Part shown: in pieces, positions 8,640 to 16,848 of the stretch
How the letters are laid out: each line of letters starts with the position of its first letter
How positions within the stretch are numbered: position 1 is the first letter of the stretch
Origin: an uncultured Gammaproteobacteria bacterium
Lineage (GTDB): Bacteria; Patescibacteriota; Microgenomatia; UBA1406; GWC2-37-13
Assembly (NCBI GenBank): GCA_964356745.1
Contig: CAYHIW010000001.1
Span: forward strand, 8,966 to 72,965
Direction: 5' to 3'
DNA: 64,000 nucleotides
Notes under the pieces: generated by a model
Told to the model about the DNA's origin: nothing
What the model saw: the letters and a program-made list of their open reading frames with translations, nothing else
The model's database searches: none
Made by a program: the position numbers and the translations under genes

Positions 8640-10730
8640 ATGGATTGGCTTACTTCTTCTCTTCAATGGTACGCGATGCTCCTACTCCTCGGCCTCATCT
8701 TCTATCCCATATCGACCAAACTCTTTGGAGCTTTTATCGACCGAGGGTATCCGTTTGCCAAAACCATAGGGATTTTACTAGTCAGTTACGCTATTTTTCT
8801 TTTGGGATTTATTTTCCCGCCTTTTCATCCTATAACGCTTTCGCTCGTTATCTTTGGGTTTCTTATCTTCAGTGCTATTGTACATCGATCAAAAAGTAAG
8901 GAAAAAAATCACATTAATCGAAGGTTGATTATTTTTGAAGAATTTCTCTTTCTAGCTTCGTTTTTGTTTCTTGCATGGATGCGCGGTCATGAACCTTCGA
9001 TACACGGACTCGAAAAATTTATGGACTTTGGCTTTATGAACTCTATCCTCAGATCAAATCACTTTCCTCCAATTGATATGTGGCTCCCTCCTCGTTCAAT
9101 TAACTACTACTATTTCGGTCATCTCACGGGTAGCGTACTCATTAAGCTTTCGCAGATAAAACCGTCAATTGGTTACAATCTTGTTCTCGCTACTATTTTT
9201 GCTCAAGGAATTACGCTCACATTCTCTTTTATCATCAACCTTATATTGTCATTGAAGTCTCGTATTAACACCATAAAACTAACTGTATTTGGTCTTGTTG
9301 GAGCGTTTATAGTCAACTTAGGAGGGAATCTCCACGCGATATATCTTTTTACCAAGGGGTATCCTAATGAGAACCCCGTTCCTTTCTGGACAATACTCTC
9401 TTGGTTTAATCCAACACATTACTGGTATCCAAACGCAACGAGATTTATTCCATTTACCATTCATGAATTTCCTTCGTATTCATACGTGGTAGCGGATCTT
9501 CACGGCCACGTCTTCGATATTCCATTCGTTCTCCTTACTCTCACCCTCCTCTTCGTCTTCTTCACCAACAAAAAACTTCACAATTCATCACCTGCCTCAC
9601 CAGCAGGCGGGTTCGTAATTCGTAATTCGATATTATTCGGTTTTTTAACTGCAATCCACTACATGACCAATGCGTTTGACGGACCGATCTATCTCTTACT
9701 TATATTTTTGTGCTACGTATCGCTTTTTAAATTCTCAAAACGCTTTTTCTTGAGCATAGGAGTCACCATTGCATCATTCATTGCTTTTTCTCTCCCATTC
9801 ACGCTTACATTCCAACCATTTGCCAATGGGATTGCTATGAACTGTGCGCCGCAGTTTCTTATTACTCTCAAAAAGATCGGTCCCTTCTTATTCGAAGCAG
9901 ATAAATGTCAACCATCAGCATTATGGATGCTTTTTGTCCTATGGGGATTCTTTTTAATCAACTTCATTCTGTTTGCACTCAGTATATTCACCGGGAAAAA
10001 GAGAGAAACACCCGAACAATCTGACTTTTTCATATTCATTTTGTTCTTTCTTGGGACGATACTTATTCTTATTCCAGAATTTTTTTATGTTAAAGATATC
10101 TATCCTGCACATTTTCGCGCAAACACCATGTTCAAGCTCGGATACCAAGCTTTTATTATGATGGGAATAGCCTCAACTTATGCGTTATTTCGTATGTCTA
10201 AGGTTAAAAGAGTTGTTTTCTCCTTACCATTCTTTTTGATTGTTCTGTATCCATTTTTCTCCTTTCCTTCGTACTACAGTCTTGACTCGAAAAACAAAGT
10301 ACAGCTTGATGGAATCGAATGGCTTACAGAAACATATCTTGAAGACAAACAAATCGTTGAGTATTTAAATACGCAGATTAAAGATCAACCTGTCATACTA
10401 GAGGCTCAAGGAGACTCGTACACTGATCATGGTAGAATATCGGCCAACACCGGTCTTCCAACCGTCGCTGGATGGCAGGTACATGAATGGTTGTGGAGGG
10501 GCTCCCACAAGGTCGTAGGTGACCGCATTCCAGACATCGAAGCCATGTACGAATCCCACGATGTTAATAAGACAAAAAATCTTCTGAAGAAATACCACGT
10601 ACAGTACATCGTCGTATCTCAGCTTGAGAGAAAGAAATATAAAAAACTATACGATGATAAGTTTAGAGTGTTGGGAAAGAAAATATTTGAATCAAGTAAT
10701 GGGTTTGGGGCTTTGTACCAGGTAAAATAA
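8640..10730 (+). CDS. DUF2298 / 'YYY' family polytopic membrane protein (putative glycosyltransferase-like)
   Basis: About 16 TM segments, the INYYYFGH motif and a C-terminal soluble domain. The family name comes from motif memory. Confidence 0.75.
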   Translation: MDWLTSSLQWYAMLLLLGLIFYPISTKLFGAFIDRGYPFAKTIGILLVSYAIFLLGFIFPPFHPITLSLVIFGFLIFSAIVHRSKSKEKNHINRRLIIFEEFLFLASFLFLAWMRGHEPSIHGLEKFMDFGFMNSILRSNHFPPIDMWLPPRSINYYYFGHLTGSVLIKLSQIKPSIGYNLVLATIFAQGITLTFSFIINLILSLKSRINTIKLTVFGLVGAFIVNLGGNLHAIYLFTKGYPNENPVPFWTILSWFNPTHYWYPNATRFIPFTIHEFPSYSYVVADLHGHVFDIPFVLLTLTLLFVFFTNKKLHNSSPASPAGGFVIRNSILFGFLTAIHYMTNAFDGPIYLLLIFLCYVSLFKFSKRFFLSIGVTIASFIAFSLPFTLTFQPFANGIAMNCAPQFLITLKKIGPFLFEADKCQPSALWMLFVLWGFFLINFILFALSIFTGKKRETPEQSDFFIFILFFLGTILILIPEFFYVKDIYPAHFRANTMFKLGYQAFIMMGIASTYALFRMSKVKRVVFSLPFFLIVLYPFFSFPSYYSLDSKNKVQLDGIEWLTETYLEDKQIVEYLNTQIKDQPVILEAQGDSYTDHGRISANTGLPTVAGWQVHEWLWRGSHKVVGDRIPDIEAMYESHDVNKTKNLLKKYHVQYIVVSQLERKKYKKLYDDKFRVLGKKIFESSNGFGALYQVK
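9594..9613. repeat. GC-rich palindromic element copy 1 (GCCTCACCAGCAGGCGGGTT)
   Basis: 17/20 identical to 24166-24185 and reverse-complement match to 46658-46677. Contains CCTGC..GCAGG. Confidence 0.8.
9612..9632. repeat. heptanucleotide tandem repeat (TTCGTAA x2 plus TTCGATA)
   Basis: Read directly. Encodes FVIRNSI and abuts the GC-rich palindrome. Confidence 0.8.
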
Positions 10731-10738
10731 ACATACTC

Positions 10739-10767
10739 TTGACAATACAAAAGCACTGTGATATTTT
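10739..10767 (+). promoter_or_regulatory. sigma70-like promoter: TTGACA-17-TATTTT with TGn extended -10
   Basis: TTGACA at 10739-10744, TG at 10759-10760, TATTTT at 10762-10767. The predicted TSS (about 10774) is at the base of the hairpin at 10776. Confidence 0.35.
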
Positions 10768-10775
10768 CTTTAATT

Positions 10776-10831
10776 GAGCATTACTACTCGTCGTCCCCTA
10801 AATACGAGCGATAGTGATGCTCATTTTTTTT
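10776..10831 (+). terminator. long hairpin plus T8: intrinsic terminator and/or body of a small RNA
   Basis: GAGCATTACTACTCG / CGAGCGATAGTGATGCTC forms about 15 bp with a 3-nt bulge and a 14-nt loop, followed by A+TTTTTTTT. Lies 45 nt after the DUF2298 stop. Confidence 0.6.
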
Positions 10832-11095
10832 ATTAAGTTTTTGCTCCGCAATTGTAACAGCTCATTCTTCAAAAAAAATCCATCTTTACCGTACTCCCTT
10901 TCTGATAGATTTTTGAGTCCTTTGACTGCGACCGATACTCTCATAAATTTAATATAAACAGGATAAAAATATTTGTCAAGACCTATAGAAAAATAGCACT
11001 ACACTATAAGATATCTCATAGTAAATAGAGTGACGATTGGGTCGTCTTATCAACCTAATATTATTTGTTCGCATTTTGTGGACAAAGTAAGTATA

Positions 11096-11830
11096 ATGAC
11101 TCCTATTATTATGAAAGTATCGATTCTCACCTATAACCTTCTCTTAAATAAAGCAGCAAAAGAACTGGAACAAATCATAGGCTCGCATAATCCCGACTTT
11201 TTGTTTTTCCAGGAATTAGCTACGGATGACAAGAATTTACGCACTATTGAAAAGCTTAATTACCGCCTGGCAGACTACTCCAATAGCTTCATGAGGTGGG
11301 GGAAGATCTACGGAGTTGCTACTTTTTACAAACCTCAAACATTCAACCTTATCAACTCAACGAGCTTTAGTCTACCTAGTAGCCTCTATCAAATGATCAC
11401 CTTTATTATAAAAAATAAGAAAAATCCCCGCACAGTGCTTAGAAACGAATTCCAGTGTAAGAAAAATGGTAAGTTTATCACAACGTATAATATTCACCTT
11501 ACTCCTGTTGCAACTAATACGCTTAGACTCAAACAGATAATCAATACATTTCACGATCTCCATTTAAGTAAAAAAAACTCAATAATCATTGCTGGTGACT
11601 TCAATTATCCATATGGAAGGAAGAAATTTGAAACAATTATTCAAAAATACAAGCTTAAAGAAGCAACAAATAATATCGACTATACGTTGGAACGGAAGAT
11701 TCTGAAGACGTTTTCAATTAAATTGAAACTTGACTATGTTCTTTATAAAAACATCAAAATAGCCTCGAACAAGAAAATTCAGGTGAAATACTCTGACCAC
11801 TACCCCATCCTTTCAACTTTTACCCTCTAA
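11096..11830 (+). CDS. endonuclease/exonuclease/phosphatase (EEP) family protein
   Basis: ILTYNLL N-terminal motif, GDFNYP, C-terminal SDHYPI. ATG at 11096 chosen over GTG at 11030. Confidence 0.8.
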   Translation: MTPIIMKVSILTYNLLLNKAAKELEQIIGSHNPDFLFFQELATDDKNLRTIEKLNYRLADYSNSFMRWGKIYGVATFYKPQTFNLINSTSFSLPSSLYQMITFIIKNKKNPRTVLRNEFQCKKNGKFITTYNIHLTPVATNTLRLKQIINTFHDLHLSKKNSIIIAGDFNYPYGRKKFETIIQKYKLKEATNNIDYTLERKILKTFSIKLKLDYVLYKNIKIASNKKIQVKYSDHYPILSTFTL

Positions 11831-12630
11831 TAGCGGGAGAAGAAGTCTTTGATTTGTTTCAAATATACGTCCTTATCCTTTCTTGTCAGCTTCTTACGAT
11901 AGAGATGTCCTCCCATTTCGTAATTAAAGATCTTTTCTTTCACGTCTCCTTTGAATAACGTGTACACCGTCCCAACAAGAAGTTTATACATCGACTGGAA
12001 CCTACCCTCTCTACGAATCCTTCTGAATGAGAATTTTATTTTAATATTATTAAGCGGTTTGGCACGCACACCCCAGATTTTTGCTTTTTGAATGAGATTG
12101 TGGTCTTCAGATATGTATAACTCTTCTTCAAATCCACCAATTTGCATAAATAAATTCTTTTGAATGATAATTGAACCTACCGATGATAAGGGCTTACCGA
12201 ACGACTGTGATGCTTGAATTACAAAATTGACAAGCTGATAAAACGCTTTTGTCTCGGGCGTGCTATCCTCAGGATCAACATACGGTAAGAAAAGCAATCC
12301 TTTTTGTTTTTCGATGAAAGCCTGCAAACGCTTAGTAAAAGTTGGATTGATCCTGCAATCTGCATCAATAAAAATAAGAAATTCCCCCCTGCTTTTTACA
12401 GCCCCAAGATTGCGCTGAAATGACACGTTTCGCATCTTACTTTCTAAAAAAATAAGCGGCAACACAGTTCCGAACTGTGCAGCCTTAACTTTCGTTTGAT
12501 CGTCTGACTTACCGTCCACAATAACCACCTCAAAATTCTTCATTTTCTGATTGTGTAAATCGGCAAGAAGTCGAGGAAGATACTTCTCTTCGTTCAACGT
12601 GGGAATAATTACAGAAAATAAAGGACTCAT
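11827..12630 (-). CDS. family 2 glycosyltransferase
   Basis: FSVIIPTLNEEKYLPRLL, VVIVDGKSDDQT, DAD motif. Confidence 0.85.
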   Translation of the reverse strand: MSPLFSVIIPTLNEEKYLPRLLADLHNQKMKNFEVVIVDGKSDDQTKVKAAQFGTVLPLIFLESKMRNVSFQRNLGAVKSRGEFLIFIDADCRINPTFTKRLQAFIEKQKGLLFLPYVDPEDSTPETKAFYQLVNFVIQASQSFGKPLSSVGSIIIQKNLFMQIGGFEEELYISEDHNLIQKAKIWGVRAKPLNNIKIKFSFRRIRREGRFQSMYKLLVGTVYTLFKGDVKEKIFNYEMGGHLYRKKLTRKDKDVYLKQIKDFFSRY

Positions 12631-12661
12631 ATAGCGTTTTTGATTATACCATCATTCCATT

Positions 12662-12670
12662 TGATACAAT
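12662..12670 (+). promoter_or_regulatory. extended -10 (TGaTACAAT) 6 nt upstream of ATG 12677
   Basis: Read directly. No SD between the element and the ATG. Confidence 0.4.
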
Positions 12671-12676
12671 AGATAG

Positions 12677-13360
12677 ATGAAGATTTCGGTTGTGATACCG
12701 GTGTACAACGAGGAAGAGTATATCGAACCTTGTCTTACCAGTCTCATGCAACAAATTGAACCTCCAGACGAAATAATTGTCGTTGATAATAATTGTACTG
12801 ACGATACGGTACAGATTGCAAAACAGTTCAATGTAAAAATCGTCAAAGAAGAAGAACAGGGAATGGCATTTTCTCGAACAAAAGGCTTTAACTGTGCTCG
12901 ATATGACATCATTGCTCGATGTGATGCTGACGCGATTCTTCCACCCAACTGGACTCAACGAATCAAATTAAACTTCGAAAAACGGAGACGAATCGATGGT
13001 CTCATTGGCCTAAATACATTCTACGACTTTCCTTTAAGGAATATAAAACTGATGAATAAGGCCGCTATTTTTCTTGTTAAAGAAATTGCCGGACATTATC
13101 CACTGTTTGGCACGAGTATGGCTATCTCAAAAACCGTTTGGGACAGTATCAAAAATGAAGTGTGCCTCAATAACGACGACTTTCACGAAGACATTGATCT
13201 AAGTATTCATATTCATAACAAAGGCGGTATTATTGTTTTTGATCCTAAATTCCTTGCGCAATTTTCCGCACGAAGACTCAAGAAAAATCCGTATGAGTTT
13301 TTTATCGATTACCCTTCACGAATAATAACTACCATTAACGGACACTCATCTGCGACTTAA
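12677..13360 (+). CDS. family 2 glycosyltransferase
   Basis: ISVVIPVYNEEEYIEPCL, IIVVDNNCTDDT, CDADA. Confidence 0.85.
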   Translation: MKISVVIPVYNEEEYIEPCLTSLMQQIEPPDEIIVVDNNCTDDTVQIAKQFNVKIVKEEEQGMAFSRTKGFNCARYDIIARCDADAILPPNWTQRIKLNFEKRRRIDGLIGLNTFYDFPLRNIKLMNKAAIFLVKEIAGHYPLFGTSMAISKTVWDSIKNEVCLNNDDFHEDIDLSIHIHNKGGIIVFDPKFLAQFSARRLKKNPYEFFIDYPSRIITTINGHSSAT

Positions 13361-15068
13361 ACATCGCTTCAATTTCTTTCAAGGTAGTTGCGTCTTCTGG
13401 TTTACGATCATCTCTAAAATGTTCTAATCGCGGAAATCGTAACGCATACCCCGCCGTATGAACGGGTGAACGAGAAATTTCGTCCGCACGTATTTCAACG
13501 ATAATCTCAGGCTTGACCCATGCGTCTACCCCTGTTGTTCTGTCAACTTTATATAAAGCGGGCTTTGTCTTTGATTTATATTTCGTGCATCGCTTCTTAA
13601 GTTGAATCCATTCCTCATCGGTGAGTCCGGTCCCAATCTTTGATACGGTAACAAAAACGTCCTTCTTCTCGTCATAAACACCAGCCAAAAACGCACCAAT
13701 TCCAAACGCAGTTCTCTTACCCTTTCCTGCGTCATAACCCATGACCAAACAGTCAACGGTATCTGTTATCTTACTTGCGTAACTTCTCTTAAATTTAATC
13801 CAGTTTGAAGCTCGAGCTCCTGCGCGATACACTCCGTCCAACTTCTTGGCAATAATACCCTCAAGACCTCGGGCAATGGCTTCATCAAAAAGCGCCTCTA
13901 TTTTTTTAGGATCGTCAACTACATCTTCTTGCGTCACAACGAGCGTATCTTTAAATGTGTCTCCTGAGATTTTTATAGATTTCAATAATTGCTTTCGCCT
14001 TTCGTGAAAAGGAATGTTTATATAATCCTCCCCGTTACAATACAACAAGTCGAATGCAAAAAGTCGAAGCGGGATTTCTTTTGCTTTTTCTGCAATGTTG
14101 TATTTTCTCTTTCGCTGAACGGTTTCTTGAAACGGTAAAAAACTACCAGAATACGGATCAAATCCAATAGCTTCACCTTCAAATATGATTTCATCTACTC
14201 GTATTTCTCGCTCTATCCCTTCAACAAGATCAGGATACATATGGGTCACATCTTCTAGATTCCTCGAGTATAACCTAGTCTGATTTTTACTGTAATGAAT
14301 CTGCAAACGGAATCCATCATATTTGGGTTCGATCGCACATTTTCCTATTTTATCTATGATCTCCGCTCCCGATGACAAGCGCTCTGCTCTCATCATAAGA
14401 ATTGGCGTAAATACAGCGGGCTTAATCTTGTGAAGATTTTTATCTCGTGATTCTTTTATCGTCTTGCCAAGAAGTCCAAGATCGGGTCGCACATGATACG
14501 CTGACTCAATTTGCGTACGAAGACTTTTATCTTTTTTCAAATACCAAGAGAATGCGTCAAGAACTGTCATGTCCGAGAATCCAAGACGAAGCACGCCTAA
14601 AGGAATACGTATAACATAGCGGCATGATAACGGATCTAATTGTCTAAACAAATGAGACAGAAGACTTATTTTGGCTTCCTGTGATTTTTCACCTGATTTC
14701 TTTGCAATCTCTAAAAGTCGTTCATATACCTCGCTTATCGAAAGATCTTCTTCTTCAAATGAAGAGTAGAGTTTTTTGAAATGCTCAATCGTATCACCCA
14801 GATCTCCTATTTTTTTATAATGATCATCAAATAATCTCTTCTCCAGATGCAACGCAGACAAGACAGCGCGCGAAATAATCTTCTCTCCCAAACCAAACTC
14901 AACAGACGCAAACTGAGGAGCAACTCTCCCTTGCATTAAATATAGCGCCTTATCAATCTCATTGATATGAAGCTTATCAATAAGCTCTGCAAGAAGATGC
15001 GTTATAGTTAAACGAGAAGATGAATTCTCGATTTTTTGAAAGTATATTGCCAGTTCGCGAAATTTCAT
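13335..15068 (-). CDS. lig: ATP-dependent DNA ligase (archaeal/eukaryal Lig1-like, with DNA-binding domain)
   Basis: Adenylation motif I EPKYDGFRLQIH, then EGIIAK, then an OB-domain region. 577 aa. Confidence 0.9.
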   Translation of the reverse strand: MKFRELAIYFQKIENSSSRLTITHLLAELIDKLHINEIDKALYLMQGRVAPQFASVEFGLGEKIISRAVLSALHLEKRLFDDHYKKIGDLGDTIEHFKKLYSSFEEEDLSISEVYERLLEIAKKSGEKSQEAKISLLSHLFRQLDPLSCRYVIRIPLGVLRLGFSDMTVLDAFSWYLKKDKSLRTQIESAYHVRPDLGLLGKTIKESRDKNLHKIKPAVFTPILMMRAERLSSGAEIIDKIGKCAIEPKYDGFRLQIHYSKNQTRLYSRNLEDVTHMYPDLVEGIEREIRVDEIIFEGEAIGFDPYSGSFLPFQETVQRKRKYNIAEKAKEIPLRLFAFDLLYCNGEDYINIPFHERRKQLLKSIKISGDTFKDTLVVTQEDVVDDPKKIEALFDEAIARGLEGIIAKKLDGVYRAGARASNWIKFKRSYASKITDTVDCLVMGYDAGKGKRTAFGIGAFLAGVYDEKKDVFVTVSKIGTGLTDEEWIQLKKRCTKYKSKTKPALYKVDRTTGVDAWVKPEIIVEIRADEISRSPVHTAGYALRFPRLEHFRDDRKPEDATTLKEIEAMFKSQMSVR

Positions 15069-15073
15069 ATATC

Positions 15074-16114
15074 TTACGCCATTATATATCGAGCGGCTTT
15101 TGTACTCCCTACCTTTTTAATAAGATTGTTACTGACGAGATCTTTAATATCTCGCAAGACCGTGTCTTCTGAGACGTCTGGAAATAGTGAAGAAAAACTT
15201 TGATTTTGTAAGTATCCTATGTCTTGAATGTACTCAATGATTTTGGTCTGGCGTTCGGTAATATAGATCTGCTGACCAAATTTCTGTTTCATTTTGACAT
15301 CTCTTGAAAGTCGCAGTATTTTTTCTTTGATTTTTTCAAACTCAGATGCTGCACCACTCGTAAAATATTCTAGCCATGAGGTGAGATTTCCGGCCGATGC
15401 TTTTTGAAGATTTTGATAATAAGAAACTGCGTCTTTATCATAATATTCCTCAAGCGAAAAAAATCGACGTATATCATACCCCCCCAAAAGAAGTACTAAT
15501 GTTGCAAGCACTCTCGCTACTCTTCCGTTACCATCGATAAACGGATGAATACGAACAAGTTCGTGATGAACAATCCCCGCTTTTAAGACGGGGTGAAGAA
15601 TGTCTTTATCCTGTTGATTAACCCAGTATAAGAATTCACGAATGAGAAATGGTACTTCAAGTGGAGTTGGTGGACGAAACGTAACTTCCCCAGTCGAAGA
15701 GTTTTTTACCACAACCTGTTTGGTACGATACTCTCCCGACTGATCCTGGGAAAGAATATTACTTACGATAATCCTGTGCAGTTTTTTAATAAGCGTATCG
15801 GTTATTTTTTCAATTTTGCGCTTTGCTTCGTCATCAATAAACTCAACGACTTTTCGATAATTAATAATCTCCTCTATGTCTCTTGGACGCGCGATAACAT
15901 CTTTACCTTGGAGTACTTCTTTGGCTTCGTCTTTATGAAGTTTATTTCCCTCGATGTGCGTGCCATGAAAGACCGAACGAACGACCGCGTCCTCTTTAAA
16001 TTGCTTTTCCCATAAGGGAAGAAGTGGTGCATGACGAATAACCTCTTCAGATGCTTCGATACGAGAGATTGCGTTGAGAATTTTATTGGTTATCTCATAT
16101 GAAGGCTTAAACAT
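15074..16114 (-). CDS. Fic family protein with C-terminal winged-helix
   Basis: HPFIDGNGRVARVL Fic motif and N-terminal THIEGN (inhibitory-helix-like). ATG at 16114 preferred to TTG at 16144. Confidence 0.85.
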   Translation of the reverse strand: MFKPSYEITNKILNAISRIEASEEVIRHAPLLPLWEKQFKEDAVVRSVFHGTHIEGNKLHKDEAKEVLQGKDVIARPRDIEEIINYRKVVEFIDDEAKRKIEKITDTLIKKLHRIIVSNILSQDQSGEYRTKQVVVKNSSTGEVTFRPPTPLEVPFLIREFLYWVNQQDKDILHPVLKAGIVHHELVRIHPFIDGNGRVARVLATLVLLLGGYDIRRFFSLEEYYDKDAVSYYQNLQKASAGNLTSWLEYFTSGAASEFEKIKEKILRLSRDVKMKQKFGQQIYITERQTKIIEYIQDIGYLQNQSFSSLFPDVSEDTVLRDIKDLVSNNLIKKVGSTKAARYIMA

Positions 16115-16135
16115 GAACAATATTATATCAATAAG

Positions 16136-16164
16136 TTGACACAATAGTGCTTTTGTAATAGACT
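16136..16164 (+). promoter_or_regulatory. promoter TTGACA-17-TAGACT, 7 nt before ATG 16172
   Basis: Read directly. No SD. Confidence 0.45.
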
Positions 16165-16171
16165 GAAGCTC

Positions 16172-16483
16172 ATGATTTACGCGCTTCTTACCAAGGTTAA
16201 TTTAGCAGATCCCCGCATCAATCCCACTGCTCAGTTTGGCGACTTCGCATCAATTCTCAATTTGGTAATGCCGATTATAATGGCGGGCGCTGCTCTTACC
16301 TTTTTTGGAATTATGTTATATGGCGCATACACTATTATTACAGCAAGTGGTAACCCGGAAAATATCACTAAGGCTCAGAAGATCTTTAAGTTTGCTATCA
16401 TTGGACTTGTTATTGTACTTGCGGCTTTTTTGATTATAAAATTAATTGAGTTTGCAATTAATACAAACATACCTGGTATCTGA
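16172..16483 (+). CDS. TrbC/VirB2-like T4SS-pilin family small membrane protein
   Basis: Two TM helices bracketing SGNPENITKAQKIFKFAIIGL. Tandem paralog follows. Confidence 0.6.
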   Translation: MIYALLTKVNLADPRINPTAQFGDFASILNLVMPIIMAGAALTFFGIMLYGAYTIITASGNPENITKAQKIFKFAIIGLVIVLAAFLIIKLIEFAINTNIPGI

Positions 16484-16485
16484 CT

Positions 16486-16848
16486 ATGAAACTTGCGGCT
16501 AACGATTTAAAAGGTTTATTTGGAGAAATTACACCCCCTCCGGGGTCGCCCGATGTCTCTGATCCTGGAGCGGCTCTTGGACTAGGACTTACCGTAGCGC
16601 TTCGACTATTTTTTATCGTTGCCGGGCTCGCCGCACTTCTTTACATGCTTTTGGGTTCATTTGATTGGGTTACCTCAAGTGGAGAAAAAGAAAAAATAAC
16701 CAAAGCTCAGCAACGAATTCGTAACGCAGTCGTTGGTGTTCTCATTATGGTTACCGTACTTGCGCTCATTGCAACGCTTGAAACAATTGTGTTTAATGGT
16801 AAATTCTGCTTTGGTTTAACTTGCGCTATTAAAATCCCCCGGCTTTAA
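16486..16848 (+). CDS. TrbC/VirB2-like T4SS-pilin family small membrane protein
   Basis: Two TM helices bracketing SSGEKEKITKAQQRIRNAVVGVL. Lies 2 nt after the previous gene. Confidence 0.6.
   Translation: MKLAANDLKGLFGEITPPPGSPDVSDPGAALGLGLTVALRLFFIVAGLAALLYMLLGSFDWVTSSGEKEKITKAQQRIRNAVVGVLIMVTVLALIATLETIVFNGKFCFGLTCAIKIPRL

Noticed and set aside
12644-12958. Two roughly 100-aa minus-strand ORFs.
   Set aside because: They are antisense to the GT2 gene, whose DxD and N-terminal motifs identify the true frame.
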